From an uncultured Bacteroidales bacterium (GTDB lineage: Bacteria > Bacteroidota > Bacteroidia > Bacteroidales > Bacteroidaceae): 64,000 bases of DNA. The stretch lies in assembly GCA_902788865.1 (NCBI GenBank), contig CADALZ010000006.1:6376-70375 (forward strand), written 5' to 3'. Shown here piece after piece: positions 47,637 through 57,153 of this stretch. The notes below the pieces were generated by a model. The model had not been told where the DNA came from and searched no databases. It was given only the letters and a program-made list of their open reading frames with translations. Both the position numbers and the translations under genes were made by a program. Each line of letters starts with the position of its first letter. Within the stretch, counting starts at the first letter, position 1.

Positions 47637-49531
47637 TAACAGAAGCAAAAATAGGAATTGGCATTGTTCATTGCCAATCAAAAGGTTCGACCGTCATAGG
47701 TTATAATAAAGTGTATACATCAGACTATGGAAAATGGTCTTCCATAATTGACGATACTGGTAATGTTTTTAATTACGTAAAGATTGACCATGATACTATT
47801 TTGAGAATGATTCATTTCTCGAAAGATGGTGATGGCTGGTATATGTGTTCTATGAAACCCATCTCTGGAAGAGATGAAGAATATAGAGCATCATGGGTCT
47901 ATTTCCCATCTTCATTAGATCTTTCACAAAAGGATATTAAGGCTGTAATTGAAGTTGCTGAAAGTCAAATTAAACAAAAAGAATTTGATACTAATGAGCT
48001 TCAAAATGTAATTCAATCATATACAAAAATCATAGAAGATAGTCCATTATATGAAGTACCTACTGAGCAACGTGGTTTTGCATTTAGAGATACGAGTAGT
48101 GGCAATTATAATCTGTACGATTTGTATGCCTATATGTATCAGAAGGAGTTTACGAAATATGAATGGGTCTTTTTAATGGATAAGTCTCAATTATCTTTCA
48201 AGGGAAATAGTGTTGATGATATTTCAAATAGAAAGATTCTTGAATCATATATTATCAAACCGGCAACTAATGAATTTGGTTTTATTCCATATCTTAATGG
48301 CGTTGAATTCCGTTCTCCAGTTCGTATCATGGAAGGAGAATCACTTTCTATAGAATTTAAGAAAGAAGGTTATGTAGATATTCCTAAAACAATCAAAACA
48401 CAAAGTGATTTTTCTATTTCTATAAATGATTGCAAAAAGTATTTTAAAGAAAGTCAGTTTGTGGCAAAAGATTCAAAAAATAATAAAAGGATTATTGCTA
48501 TCATCAAGCCATTAAATGCTACTGAAGATAAAATTGAGAAGCGTTGGATCTTTAATGAGGCAGAGCTGAAAACTGTTAAATTAAATGTAATGGCAGAAGG
48601 TTATATTGCAGATAGTTTTGAACTTGATCTTCATGATAAATCTTTGAATGATGAAATTTCTTTGCCTTTAGAACCAGAAGATCATAAATATTTGTTCGTT
48701 TTGCCATTGGACAGGTCTGTTGTTAAAGATAGTGCTTCTATAGAGGTTAGTATTCATTCTCAGTTTAAAATCAACGGTTCTCCGTTTGAAGGTTATAAAT
48801 GCTCTGGAACACCTCGTGAAGGTGGCACTCCTAATATGCTTACCGCCGTGAAACCTTTGCCTGGTACGTCTCCATCAAACAGTAATGGGGTTAGCCATAC
48901 AGAATACAATGGAAAAAAGAAAAAACACTTTGAGGACCGAGATAAACCGACAAATCTTCCAATAGGCCCTACTTTTGATGATTCCGAGATAGAAGAGTAT
49001 AATCCTATATGGAAATATGTAAAACTTGCCGTGATGGGCATTGTTGCATTAGCATTGGCAGCAATTGTGGGTTATTTCGTATATGATAAATTCTTTAGGT
49101 TACCTGCGCCGGATGATGTTTCTGCTGACGGAGATGTTATTATTGATGATTCTGAGGGCGGTGGTTTGCCTAAAGATAAATGGGATGCTGCCTATAATTA
49201 TCTGATTAATAATGATAATCAAATTTATAAAAAAGATATGGAGCATTTCGATGACCTTAAAGGCCTTTTTGAAATACTTAATAAATATGACTTTAAGACA
49301 TTTGTTGAATCTATTGATAAACACCCTCATGGTGAAAGCATTCTTTCTATTAAGGTGTGGAAACGTCTTTACGATAAAGCTAAAGAAATTGGTTTTAATA
49401 AGAAAGGAATATATGACGATTTAGAAGAACCATCAATAACGTTTGATCGTTTTATTGATAACGACTTTTCGAAGATGGAGAATGAGGGGGATATTATAGA
49501 TGGACAAACTAATTTTGAAGGGCAGCAATAA
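47633..49531 (+). CDS. Single-pass membrane hypothetical protein
   Basis: 632-aa ORF, ATGA overlap with GTPase gene, TM LAVMGIVALALAAIVGYFVY. Confidence 0.8.
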   Translation: MITEAKIGIGIVHCQSKGSTVIGYNKVYTSDYGKWSSIIDDTGNVFNYVKIDHDTILRMIHFSKDGDGWYMCSMKPISGRDEEYRASWVYFPSSLDLSQKDIKAVIEVAESQIKQKEFDTNELQNVIQSYTKIIEDSPLYEVPTEQRGFAFRDTSSGNYNLYDLYAYMYQKEFTKYEWVFLMDKSQLSFKGNSVDDISNRKILESYIIKPATNEFGFIPYLNGVEFRSPVRIMEGESLSIEFKKEGYVDIPKTIKTQSDFSISINDCKKYFKESQFVAKDSKNNKRIIAIIKPLNATEDKIEKRWIFNEAELKTVKLNVMAEGYIADSFELDLHDKSLNDEISLPLEPEDHKYLFVLPLDRSVVKDSASIEVSIHSQFKINGSPFEGYKCSGTPREGGTPNMLTAVKPLPGTSPSNSNGVSHTEYNGKKKKHFEDRDKPTNLPIGPTFDDSEIEEYNPIWKYVKLAVMGIVALALAAIVGYFVYDKFFRLPAPDDVSADGDVIIDDSEGGGLPKDKWDAAYNYLINNDNQIYKKDMEHFDDLKGLFEILNKYDFKTFVESIDKHPHGESILSIKVWKRLYDKAKEIGFNKKGIYDDLEEPSITFDRFIDNDFSKMENEGDIIDGQTNFEGQQ

Positions 49532-49594
49532 TATTTCTCAACAGGATGGGTATAATTTAGATGATTAACTAGATAATCTTCAAGACGATATTAT

Positions 49595-50500
49595 ATGATG
49601 AAAAATGTAGTTTCAAAAATCTTTATTTTGGCAGTTGCAGTTGCAGGTGCCATTGGAAGTGTCCTTTTTTTTATCAAATATGTAGTGAATCCGCCAGAAG
49701 ATATCTCTGCTATAGCTACAGTTGAGGAGGTTTTTAATCCTTGCATTAAAAATACAGTTGCTTCATTCAATCCAGATTCCCATAATTTAAAAGAAGCTGA
49801 GGTTTTATATGATGCACTTGTTGACCTTGTAAACATCTTTAATGAGGATGGGCTCATTATAGATAAAAATATTTACAACGATGCAATCGAAGAGTCCTCA
49901 GATAAGTTCGCTAGGTATTTTACAAGTTGGTCTTCTGATGAATTTAAGAAATCTATTTGGAATACTGGAAACCACGATGTAATGCTTAGACTTATTTCAA
50001 AACTACGAAATGTTAGCATAAATGACGGATCTATGAAAGCATTATCTTCTGGTGCACTTTCGTCACTAACAGAAATTGAATCCATAATAAAAGGTTATAG
50101 GGAAGCGATGAGTGTCGTTAATAGTGCCTCCCGATGTACAAGTGTCAGTGAGATTAAAACTATTGTGGAAAAGGCCAACAAATATAAGCATGAACCATAT
50201 ACAAATAATACCAGATTGATTAATGCATTAAATAGGGTGGGAGATGATGCTAAAGAAGCTGTTGTCTCTTATATTGTAAGAACGGGTTCCAATGTTGTCT
50301 ATAACCGAAGGTCATATAAAGATTATACAGAATGGACCAGTTATTATTATAATGTTGAAAAACTTATTGAAGAATTTAGGAATGCTGGATATGGCTATCC
50401 TACAGATTTATCATATATCCATAATTCGTTGATTGAAGCAGATAAGGAAATGCTAGCTTTTTATTCCGAGCGAGAAAGAATTCGGGGTAGGAGTCATTGA
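49595..50500 (+). CDS. Membrane-anchored helical hypothetical protein
   Basis: 301-aa ORF with N-terminal TM. Confidence 0.75.
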   Translation: MMKNVVSKIFILAVAVAGAIGSVLFFIKYVVNPPEDISAIATVEEVFNPCIKNTVASFNPDSHNLKEAEVLYDALVDLVNIFNEDGLIIDKNIYNDAIEESSDKFARYFTSWSSDEFKKSIWNTGNHDVMLRLISKLRNVSINDGSMKALSSGALSSLTEIESIIKGYREAMSVVNSASRCTSVSEIKTIVEKANKYKHEPYTNNTRLINALNRVGDDAKEAVVSYIVRTGSNVVYNRRSYKDYTEWTSYYYNVEKLIEEFRNAGYGYPTDLSYIHNSLIEADKEMLAFYSERERIRGRSH

Positions 50501-50583
50501 ATGGGTTGTTTTTTTTATTGTTTTTGTTTATATTATTCACTATAATGCTACCTTTTGAAGGGATATACTAAGAAGGAGGAAGA

Positions 50584-52122
50584 ATGATGAAAAAATTTTT
50601 TTTGTTTACATTTCTGTTATTAGAGGCTTTCTTCGCTAGTTCTTATTTGTCTGCAAGGAATGAGGCTGCTTGGACTATCAATCAAGTTATTGATCGAAGG
50701 GTTGAGATTCTTTCAAATTTACGACAAGCTAAATATTATATAGAACAGAAAGACTATGTAAGTGCAAAATCTAAACTTGATCGTGTTCTTCAATTGGATT
50801 CTTCAAATGAAGAGGCTAAGGAGTTGTTAAGCCAATGTAATGCAAGAATTGCGGAAGCCCAGAGAGCTGAAAAGAATGCTTACGATGTGGCATGTAGAAA
50901 TGGCTCTGTCAAAGCCTTGCAGGATTTTATTTAAAAGTATCCCAATAGCACATATAAGGAAGAAGCCTTGAACCGAATCTCAGACTTTGGACTGTGGGAA
51001 AAGGCTAGAGCAGCAAATACTATAGATTCATATCAAAAGTATCTGGCAGAATCTTCAAATAAAAGTTTTCAAAAAGAAGCTAATGAGCAAATAGTTAAGA
51101 TAAATGCTATGTCTGAATGGGATAGTATAATAGATACAAATTCTATCCCTCTTCTGAAGGAGTATATTACAAAATACCCATCGTCTCCATATATTAATTC
51201 TGCACAATATCGGTACCATGTCTTAACTGCAGAGTCGTATTATGAAAGCAAGAATGATGTGATAGCTTTACAATGGTACAATGCAGCCGAGGATTATGCT
51301 CCGTTGTCTGGTATTTATAAGGCACATTATAATGAATTAAATGAAAAGAGTGAATTTGAAAAGATTAAAAAGAGTGCAGATATTGAGACAGTTAGAGCAT
51401 ATTTAAATGGACTTTCTGGGGATAGCCCATATTATACAGAGGTATCTAATTATTTAGCTTTACTTCTTGGTGCCCAATTAAGTATATGGTCATCTGAGTA
51501 TGACATGAATCAGGCATTGTTCTATGCAAAGGATAAGGCAACAGAAACTAAAGTTAAAGCCTATGTAGATGAAGCTAAAAGATTGCAAAGATTAAGGAAT
51601 GCTAGTATTAGGAGAACCAACGGTCTAACGCGCTTTACCTTTGGGTGGAACCTATTCCATGCGGATTACTTTGACTCTATATTGTCTTTTGGGTCAGGTA
51701 TTAGATTCAGAATTGGCAGTTGGGATGATACTTTGAATCTCATTTTTGGAGCCGAATACTCATATATTGCATACTGGGATATTGATGATGATTATTATTG
51801 GAGAGATTCTTCTTTCTTCTCAATAGGGCATGTAATAGATGTTCCGGTAGGCCTGCGTTTGAATTTTGCGAATACAGGGGCTAAAAGTAAGTTTTATATC
51901 GGTTGTAATGCAATCCTGGGTTATCAGGTAGGCGAAGCAAATGATTATAAAGGTGACCTTAGGTCATCTTCAATAGCAATTGAACCACAAATTGGTATTG
52001 CTGGTCGGTATATGGATTTTGGCATTTATTATAGGAAATATTTCAATGGGAAGAGTATTTTTTATAATAAGCTAAATTATTCTGATCAGAAAATTGGATT
52101 ATTTTTAACGTGGTATATGTAA
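50584..52122 (+). pseudogene. Exported TPR/helical-repeat protein with C-terminal beta-barrel-like domain, split by in-frame TAA
   Basis: ORFs 50584-50934 and 50968-52122 share a frame; read-through gives LQDFI*KYPNSTYKEEALNRI, completing a repeat unit. Confidence 0.8.
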
Positions 52123-52128
52123 ATAATT

Positions 52129-52536
52129 ATGGAAAACAACAATCACACTCAGCAGAAGCCTACTCTTTCTATGAGTCAGGCAGTTTCAAATGTGTTTGAT
52201 AAGTACGCAACCTTTAGTGGTAGAGCCAGGCGATCAGAATATTGGTGGTATTGGCTTTTCTATTTGATTGTGCTATTCATGGCAGTTTTTTTTGATAACT
52301 TCTTTGGTATTACATTCGACTACTTAACTTATGGACCTATTTATGTGCTCGCGGCATTGGGGTTGATTCTGCCAACATGGGCTGTGGCGGTGAGACGGCT
52401 TCATGACATAAACAAGAGTGGTTGGAATCTGTTATGGAGTTTAGTTCCTATCATTGGAGCTATCTTATTGCTTATCTGGGCTTGTACAGATTCTGACAGA
52501 ACAACCAATGAGTATGGAGAATCACCAAAGTATTAA
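52129..52536 (+). CDS. DUF805 (YhaH-like) membrane protein
   Basis: KYATFSGRARRSEYWW, VRRLHDINKSGW, NEYG. Confidence 0.92.
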   Translation: MENNNHTQQKPTLSMSQAVSNVFDKYATFSGRARRSEYWWYWLFYLIVLFMAVFFDNFFGITFDYLTYGPIYVLAALGLILPTWAVAVRRLHDINKSGWNLLWSLVPIIGAILLLIWACTDSDRTTNEYGESPKY

Positions 52537-52614
52537 TATTTTAGCCTAATAATTTATTATTGTTCTAGCACCTCTGAGAAATCCTACTCAATGTGAACTG
52601 TAGGGTTAGTCAGT

Positions 52615-52692
52615 ATTTCATACTTAAATCTGGGCATTTCATACATTGGGGGTGAAATGCTTTGGTCATGAGTAGCCGATGGATTAACTTTG
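52615..52692 (+). promoter_or_regulatory. LytTR-type direct-repeat promoter, copy 3
   Basis: ATTTCATACT at 52615, ATTTCATACA at 52636, 39 nt, TAACTTTG 52685-52692. Confidence 0.78.
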
Positions 52693-52734
52693 TGTTGAAA
52701 CATTATTTTGTCATTTATTAAAAGGTAAGTATTT

Positions 52735-54786
52735 ATGAAAAAGAGTTTTATTCTTTTAGCGTTATTGTTGTTTTGCGTAGTGGGAATGCTGAATGCCCAG
52801 AAAGTAAAGCGTCCAGACACTTATAATTATAGCAGAGGTGTGGAGGCTGCAGATAATAATGAAGATGAAGAGGCTCTGGAATACTTTAACAAGGAATTGC
52901 AGGATAATCCTAAAAATGGTTATGCCTTTGCTTGGATAGCCTTGCTGAGATATGATAACGAAGAGTATGGACGTGCCTTGACTGCCGTGGAGAATGCCTT
53001 GAAATACCTGCCTAAGAAGGATGGGGATTATATGGCTATTGCTTATGGAACCAGAGCACGCATATATCATATGCTGGATGAGGAAGAAAAGGCGATAGAG
53101 GATATGACCACTTCGATATCTTATAGGGATGATGACCCTGACTTATACAAGGAGAGAGCTGAACTCTATTACTATATGGGGGAATATGCACTGTCTGACA
53201 AGGATTTTGAGAAGATTAAATCTATGGACTCTGGCTCAACACTAGGGTATATGGGGGTAGGCAGAAATGCCAATGCTCAAGGAAGGTATGAGGATGCCCT
53301 CAAGGAATTTGATTATGCCTTAAAGTTGGCACCTACTTATGGACAGGGATATGCATTCAGGGCTGAGAGTCTTCTGGGGTTGAAAAGGTATGCTGAGGCT
53401 ATGGATGATGTGATTGCTGCCTTGAACAACGAGGAAACTAATGAAAAGGCGTATCGCCTTATCGGGGAAATTGCCAAGGAAGCGCAAGAGGTGGCTATAG
53501 CAAAGCTAAGAGTACAGGCTGTAAAAGAGAAGGCCAATATCCTGTGGCCCTATGCAATCGGTGATATTTATAGAAATGACAATCAGTATGAAAGGGCAAT
53601 AGATTATTATAAGCAGTCGAATGAAATCAGCCCTATAGACCAAGCTTGCTATTACATAGCAATGGCATACAAAGAGCTGGGTGATTATCAAAATGCACTG
53701 GCATATATTGACGAGGCTCTTGAAATGGATCCAAGTGATGGAAATTACATGACGCTTAAGGCTGATATCTTCTATAATAATGGACAGAACGAGGAGGCTA
53801 TCAGGGCTGTGGGGGATTTTATAGATGCTTATCCAGATCATTACTTTGGCTACTATCAGCGTGGCTGGTATCGTGATATGAGTGGGGATAGCAAAGGGGC
53901 ACTAGAGGATTATGACATGAGCATTGCCCTAGAACCGTCTAATGCTTTTACCTATATCTGTAGAGGAAGACTTAATGTACAGCAGGGAAATCAAGAGAAA
54001 GCTAAGAATGATCTGGAAAAGGCTATAGAGCTTGACTCTATCCCAAACTCTAATTGCGCTGCTGCATTCGGTTATCTGTATTTAGGGCAGAATGATAAGG
54101 CCATAGACTGGCTGAACAGGGCGTTGGAGGCTGATGACGGAGATGGCACTTACTACAATGCTGCATGCATCTATTCTATCATGGGTGAAACGGATAAAGC
54201 CATAGAGAATCTGAGAAAGGCTTTTGAGAAAGGACATCGGAGCCTGAGTCATATAGAGAATGATAAGGATCTGGACAATATTCGCAACTTACCAGCCTTC
54301 AAGGCTTTGAGAGAGGAATATCGACAGAAACATGAGAGTGAAAAAGATAGCAACACAGATAGTCCTGTGTTATTTGAGGAGCGTGTGGCAGAGATTCCTT
54401 TTACTAAAGAAGGTGGTGTCTATAAGGTAAAATGTGAAATCAACGATTTGCCCCTGTACTTCATATTTGATACAGGAGCAAGTGATGTGACAATGTCAAC
54501 CGTAGAGGCTACTTTCATGCTGAAGAATAGCTATCTGTCTTCAAAGGATGTCATAGGAAAGCAAAACTATATGACAGCCAATGGAGAAATCAGTGAGGGG
54601 ACAGTAATCAACTTGAAGAATGTGAACTTTGGCGGACTGGACTTAAAGGACGTGAGGGCTTCTGTGGTGAAGAGCCAGGTGGCTCCATTGTTGCTTGGCC
54701 AGTCTGTACTTAATAGATTGGGCAAGATAGAGATCGACTATGGCCGATCCGTCTTGAAAGTGACGTATAAAGAAAAGGTAAAATGA
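52735..54786 (+). CDS. Exported TPR protein with C-terminal retropepsin-like aspartyl protease
   Basis: Signal peptide, many TPRs, FIFDTGASDV, PLLLGQSVL. Confidence 0.9.
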   Translation: MKKSFILLALLLFCVVGMLNAQKVKRPDTYNYSRGVEAADNNEDEEALEYFNKELQDNPKNGYAFAWIALLRYDNEEYGRALTAVENALKYLPKKDGDYMAIAYGTRARIYHMLDEEEKAIEDMTTSISYRDDDPDLYKERAELYYYMGEYALSDKDFEKIKSMDSGSTLGYMGVGRNANAQGRYEDALKEFDYALKLAPTYGQGYAFRAESLLGLKRYAEAMDDVIAALNNEETNEKAYRLIGEIAKEAQEVAIAKLRVQAVKEKANILWPYAIGDIYRNDNQYERAIDYYKQSNEISPIDQACYYIAMAYKELGDYQNALAYIDEALEMDPSDGNYMTLKADIFYNNGQNEEAIRAVGDFIDAYPDHYFGYYQRGWYRDMSGDSKGALEDYDMSIALEPSNAFTYICRGRLNVQQGNQEKAKNDLEKAIELDSIPNSNCAAAFGYLYLGQNDKAIDWLNRALEADDGDGTYYNAACIYSIMGETDKAIENLRKAFEKGHRSLSHIENDKDLDNIRNLPAFKALREEYRQKHESEKDSNTDSPVLFEERVAEIPFTKEGGVYKVKCEINDLPLYFIFDTGASDVTMSTVEATFMLKNSYLSSKDVIGKQNYMTANGEISEGTVINLKNVNFGGLDLKDVRASVVKSQVAPLLLGQSVLNRLGKIEIDYGRSVLKVTYKEKVK

Positions 54787-54838
54787 AACGATAAGCAATG
54801 ATTATTTTCCAAGAAGCAATCAATTAAGAACAATTAAT

Positions 54839-55888
54839 ATGAATAGAAAGAGAATGTCTATTGATAGTTTGCTTTCGTTTTCAACTAATTACATAGTTGA
54901 AGAACTACAAAAAGCAAATATGACGATTATAAAAACGGATTCTGGAGAGCCGCAAGTTTGGTTTAAGGATGAACATGGCGAAAAGCAGTATGTTATTATA
55001 CATACTGTATGTGCTAATATACCAAATTCAACAGACTTCAATTTTGATGTGTCATTAATGAAGAGTTTGTATCCATCCAAAGGTTATTATGCAAAGGTTG
55101 GTTTGTTCTCTGGAGATGCTATTATGTATGATGAAGAGGGAGAAATTATTCCATTGGGTGAAAGAGATGATATTAACAATCCTAAGGATATTATTTTCGA
55201 GGATACAGAAATCTATGTTATATGTGACGGATTTCATCCTGTAGAATATCCTCGTTCTATAAAAGAGGATAAGATGAAATCACAGTCCCCAATAGTAATT
55301 ATCGCCCACTCTGTGCTTGATGGTACGATGGGCATAGAAGATGTGTGGGAGAAATATGCAGATGAGATACGTTCTACCACAGAAGTGAATAGTTATGATG
55401 AGACAATGTCATTGTCTTCTCTTTACTATCGTCAGGGAGTTTATCTGTCGAATGCTGGTTACATCAAAGATTCTCTACCATATTTTAATGGGGCTTTATA
55501 TTATCTGGAACAAGGGAAGTCTTTTGTCCCAGAAAAGCAATATGAAGATTTCAAAGAAGCTATCTTGTACCAAAGAGTACAGGTGGCTTATAAGTCGGAA
55601 GATTATACTGCTGCCATAAAGGATCTGAAAATTCTTATTAACAAGTATCCAGGCAAGGATGAGTATAGACAAGCCTATATAGGTTGTCTTGGGGCATATC
55701 TGATGAAGAAGACAAATCCAATTTATATAGTTCTTGCACTTATCGTATTATTAAAGATTGCAGAGAATTTTATTTTCAATACAGATTTCATTCCAATATG
55801 GCTAGTAAACATAGCATGGATATTGTGGCTGGTGATAGCAATAGCTCAAATTGCACTTCCTTGGGTGTTGAAGAAATTGGTTAAATAA
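54839..55888 (+). CDS. Hypothetical protein with TPR-like helices and two C-terminal TMs
   Basis: 349-aa ORF; hydrophobic C-terminus. Confidence 0.7.
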   Translation: MNRKRMSIDSLLSFSTNYIVEELQKANMTIIKTDSGEPQVWFKDEHGEKQYVIIHTVCANIPNSTDFNFDVSLMKSLYPSKGYYAKVGLFSGDAIMYDEEGEIIPLGERDDINNPKDIIFEDTEIYVICDGFHPVEYPRSIKEDKMKSQSPIVIIAHSVLDGTMGIEDVWEKYADEIRSTTEVNSYDETMSLSSLYYRQGVYLSNAGYIKDSLPYFNGALYYLEQGKSFVPEKQYEDFKEAILYQRVQVAYKSEDYTAAIKDLKILINKYPGKDEYRQAYIGCLGAYLMKKTNPIYIVLALIVLLKIAENFIFNTDFIPIWLVNIAWILWLVIAIAQIALPWVLKKLVK

Positions 55889-55914
55889 GAGACTTAACAG
55901 GCGAGGAGTTGTAA

Positions 55915-56658
55915 ATGAGGGTGACAGGTCTTATATTGTTCTGGCTTCTATTATCACTCGTTTTTTCTTCATGCAAAAGCAATGAACCTCTGGCTGTGAA
56001 AGGGGCTAAGGGTGGCATCGTCGTAGAGCATATTGGCTACACCGTTTCTTTCAACTCTGACACGAGGAATCCAAACTGGGTGGCTTATGAGCTGACTGCC
56101 GAAGAGGTGGATGGAACGGTGAAACGGGATAATGGGTATTATCCTGATCCTGACATCAAGGCTCCGCAGGCGGATAATAATGACTACCGAAACTCGGGTT
56201 GGGATAGGGGGCACATGGCTCCTGCAGGGGATATGAAGTGGAGCAAGGAGGCGATGCATGAGTCTTGCTACTTCACGAATATCTGCCCTCAGAACCGTAA
56301 CCTGAATGCTGGGGACTGGAATACGCTGGAGAATAAATGTCGCACTTGGGCGCAGCGCTATGGCAGTGTGCAAATAGTATGTGGGCCGATAATGGGGGAG
56401 ATGAAACATGGTATGCTGGGGGATAATCGTGTGGCTATCCCAGATGCTTTCTATAAGGTGCTGATGGTGAAGGTTGGTGAAGGGTATGAGGGCATTGGCT
56501 TCGTATTCGAGAATAAGGCTGGGCATCGGGCACTGAATACGTATGCGATGAGCATTGATGAGGTGGAGGCATTGACTGGCTATGATTTCTTCCACTCGCT
56601 GCCTGACAGGATAGAGCGTATAGTGGAGGCTGAGTTTCATCAGGAGGTTTGGTATTGA
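55915..56658 (+). CDS. DNA/RNA non-specific endonuclease (NucA-like) lipoprotein
   Basis: Lipobox FSSC, PNWVAY, WDRGHMAP, TNICPQ..LN.G.W..LE. Confidence 0.93.
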   Translation: MRVTGLILFWLLLSLVFSSCKSNEPLAVKGAKGGIVVEHIGYTVSFNSDTRNPNWVAYELTAEEVDGTVKRDNGYYPDPDIKAPQADNNDYRNSGWDRGHMAPAGDMKWSKEAMHESCYFTNICPQNRNLNAGDWNTLENKCRTWAQRYGSVQIVCGPIMGEMKHGMLGDNRVAIPDAFYKVLMVKVGEGYEGIGFVFENKAGHRALNTYAMSIDEVEALTGYDFFHSLPDRIERIVEAEFHQEVWY

Positions 56659-56670
56659 TAGGCTGAAGTG

Positions 56671-56749
56671 ATTTCGTACAGCCAAAGGGGTATTTCGTAC
56701 AAGAGCATGCTGAATGGTGCCGATATCTCAATGATAAGTGCTAAGTTTG
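56671..56749 (+). promoter_or_regulatory. LytTR-type direct-repeat promoter, copy 4 (autoregulatory position)
   Basis: ATTTCGTACA at 56671 and 56692, 40 nt, TAAGTTTG 56742-56749. Confidence 0.82.
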
Positions 56750-56772
56750 TGTGGAAATCATAATAAAGAACT

Positions 56773-57153
56773 GTGGGTAAGATACTAATCATATCGAATG
56801 CTAACGAGCTGGTGCGAGTGAAACCAGAGCGGATAGTTTACATAGAGTCGGATGGCAACTACTCTACGATGGTGCTGCATGACAAGACGGAGCATGTGTT
56901 TACTATGAACTTGGCTCACTGCCAGCAGCTGATAGAGGATCAGCTGGGCAAGGAGGCTGACAGGTTTATCCGTATTGGCAAGCAGGTGATAATCAATCGT
57001 GAATACATTTTCAAGATCAACGTGAACAAACAGACGTTGATGATGTCGGACATGGCTCTGAATCATGCCTTCACGCTGTCTGCCTCTAAGGAGGCTCTGA
57101 GGCAGCTGAAGGTGTATCTGGAGTCTGTAGCAGGAAAGGAGGAAAAACTATGA
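56773..57153 (+). CDS. Stand-alone LytTR DNA-binding protein
   Basis: IVYIESDGNYS, FIRIGKQVIIN; no receiver domain; GTG start. Confidence 0.88.
   Translation: MGKILIISNANELVRVKPERIVYIESDGNYSTMVLHDKTEHVFTMNLAHCQQLIEDQLGKEADRFIRIGKQVIINREYIFKINVNKQTLMMSDMALNHAFTLSASKEALRQLKVYLESVAGKEEKL

Noticed and set aside
36219-52536. Type VI or other known secretion system
   Set aside because: No Hcp, VgrG, sheath or other hallmark components recognised
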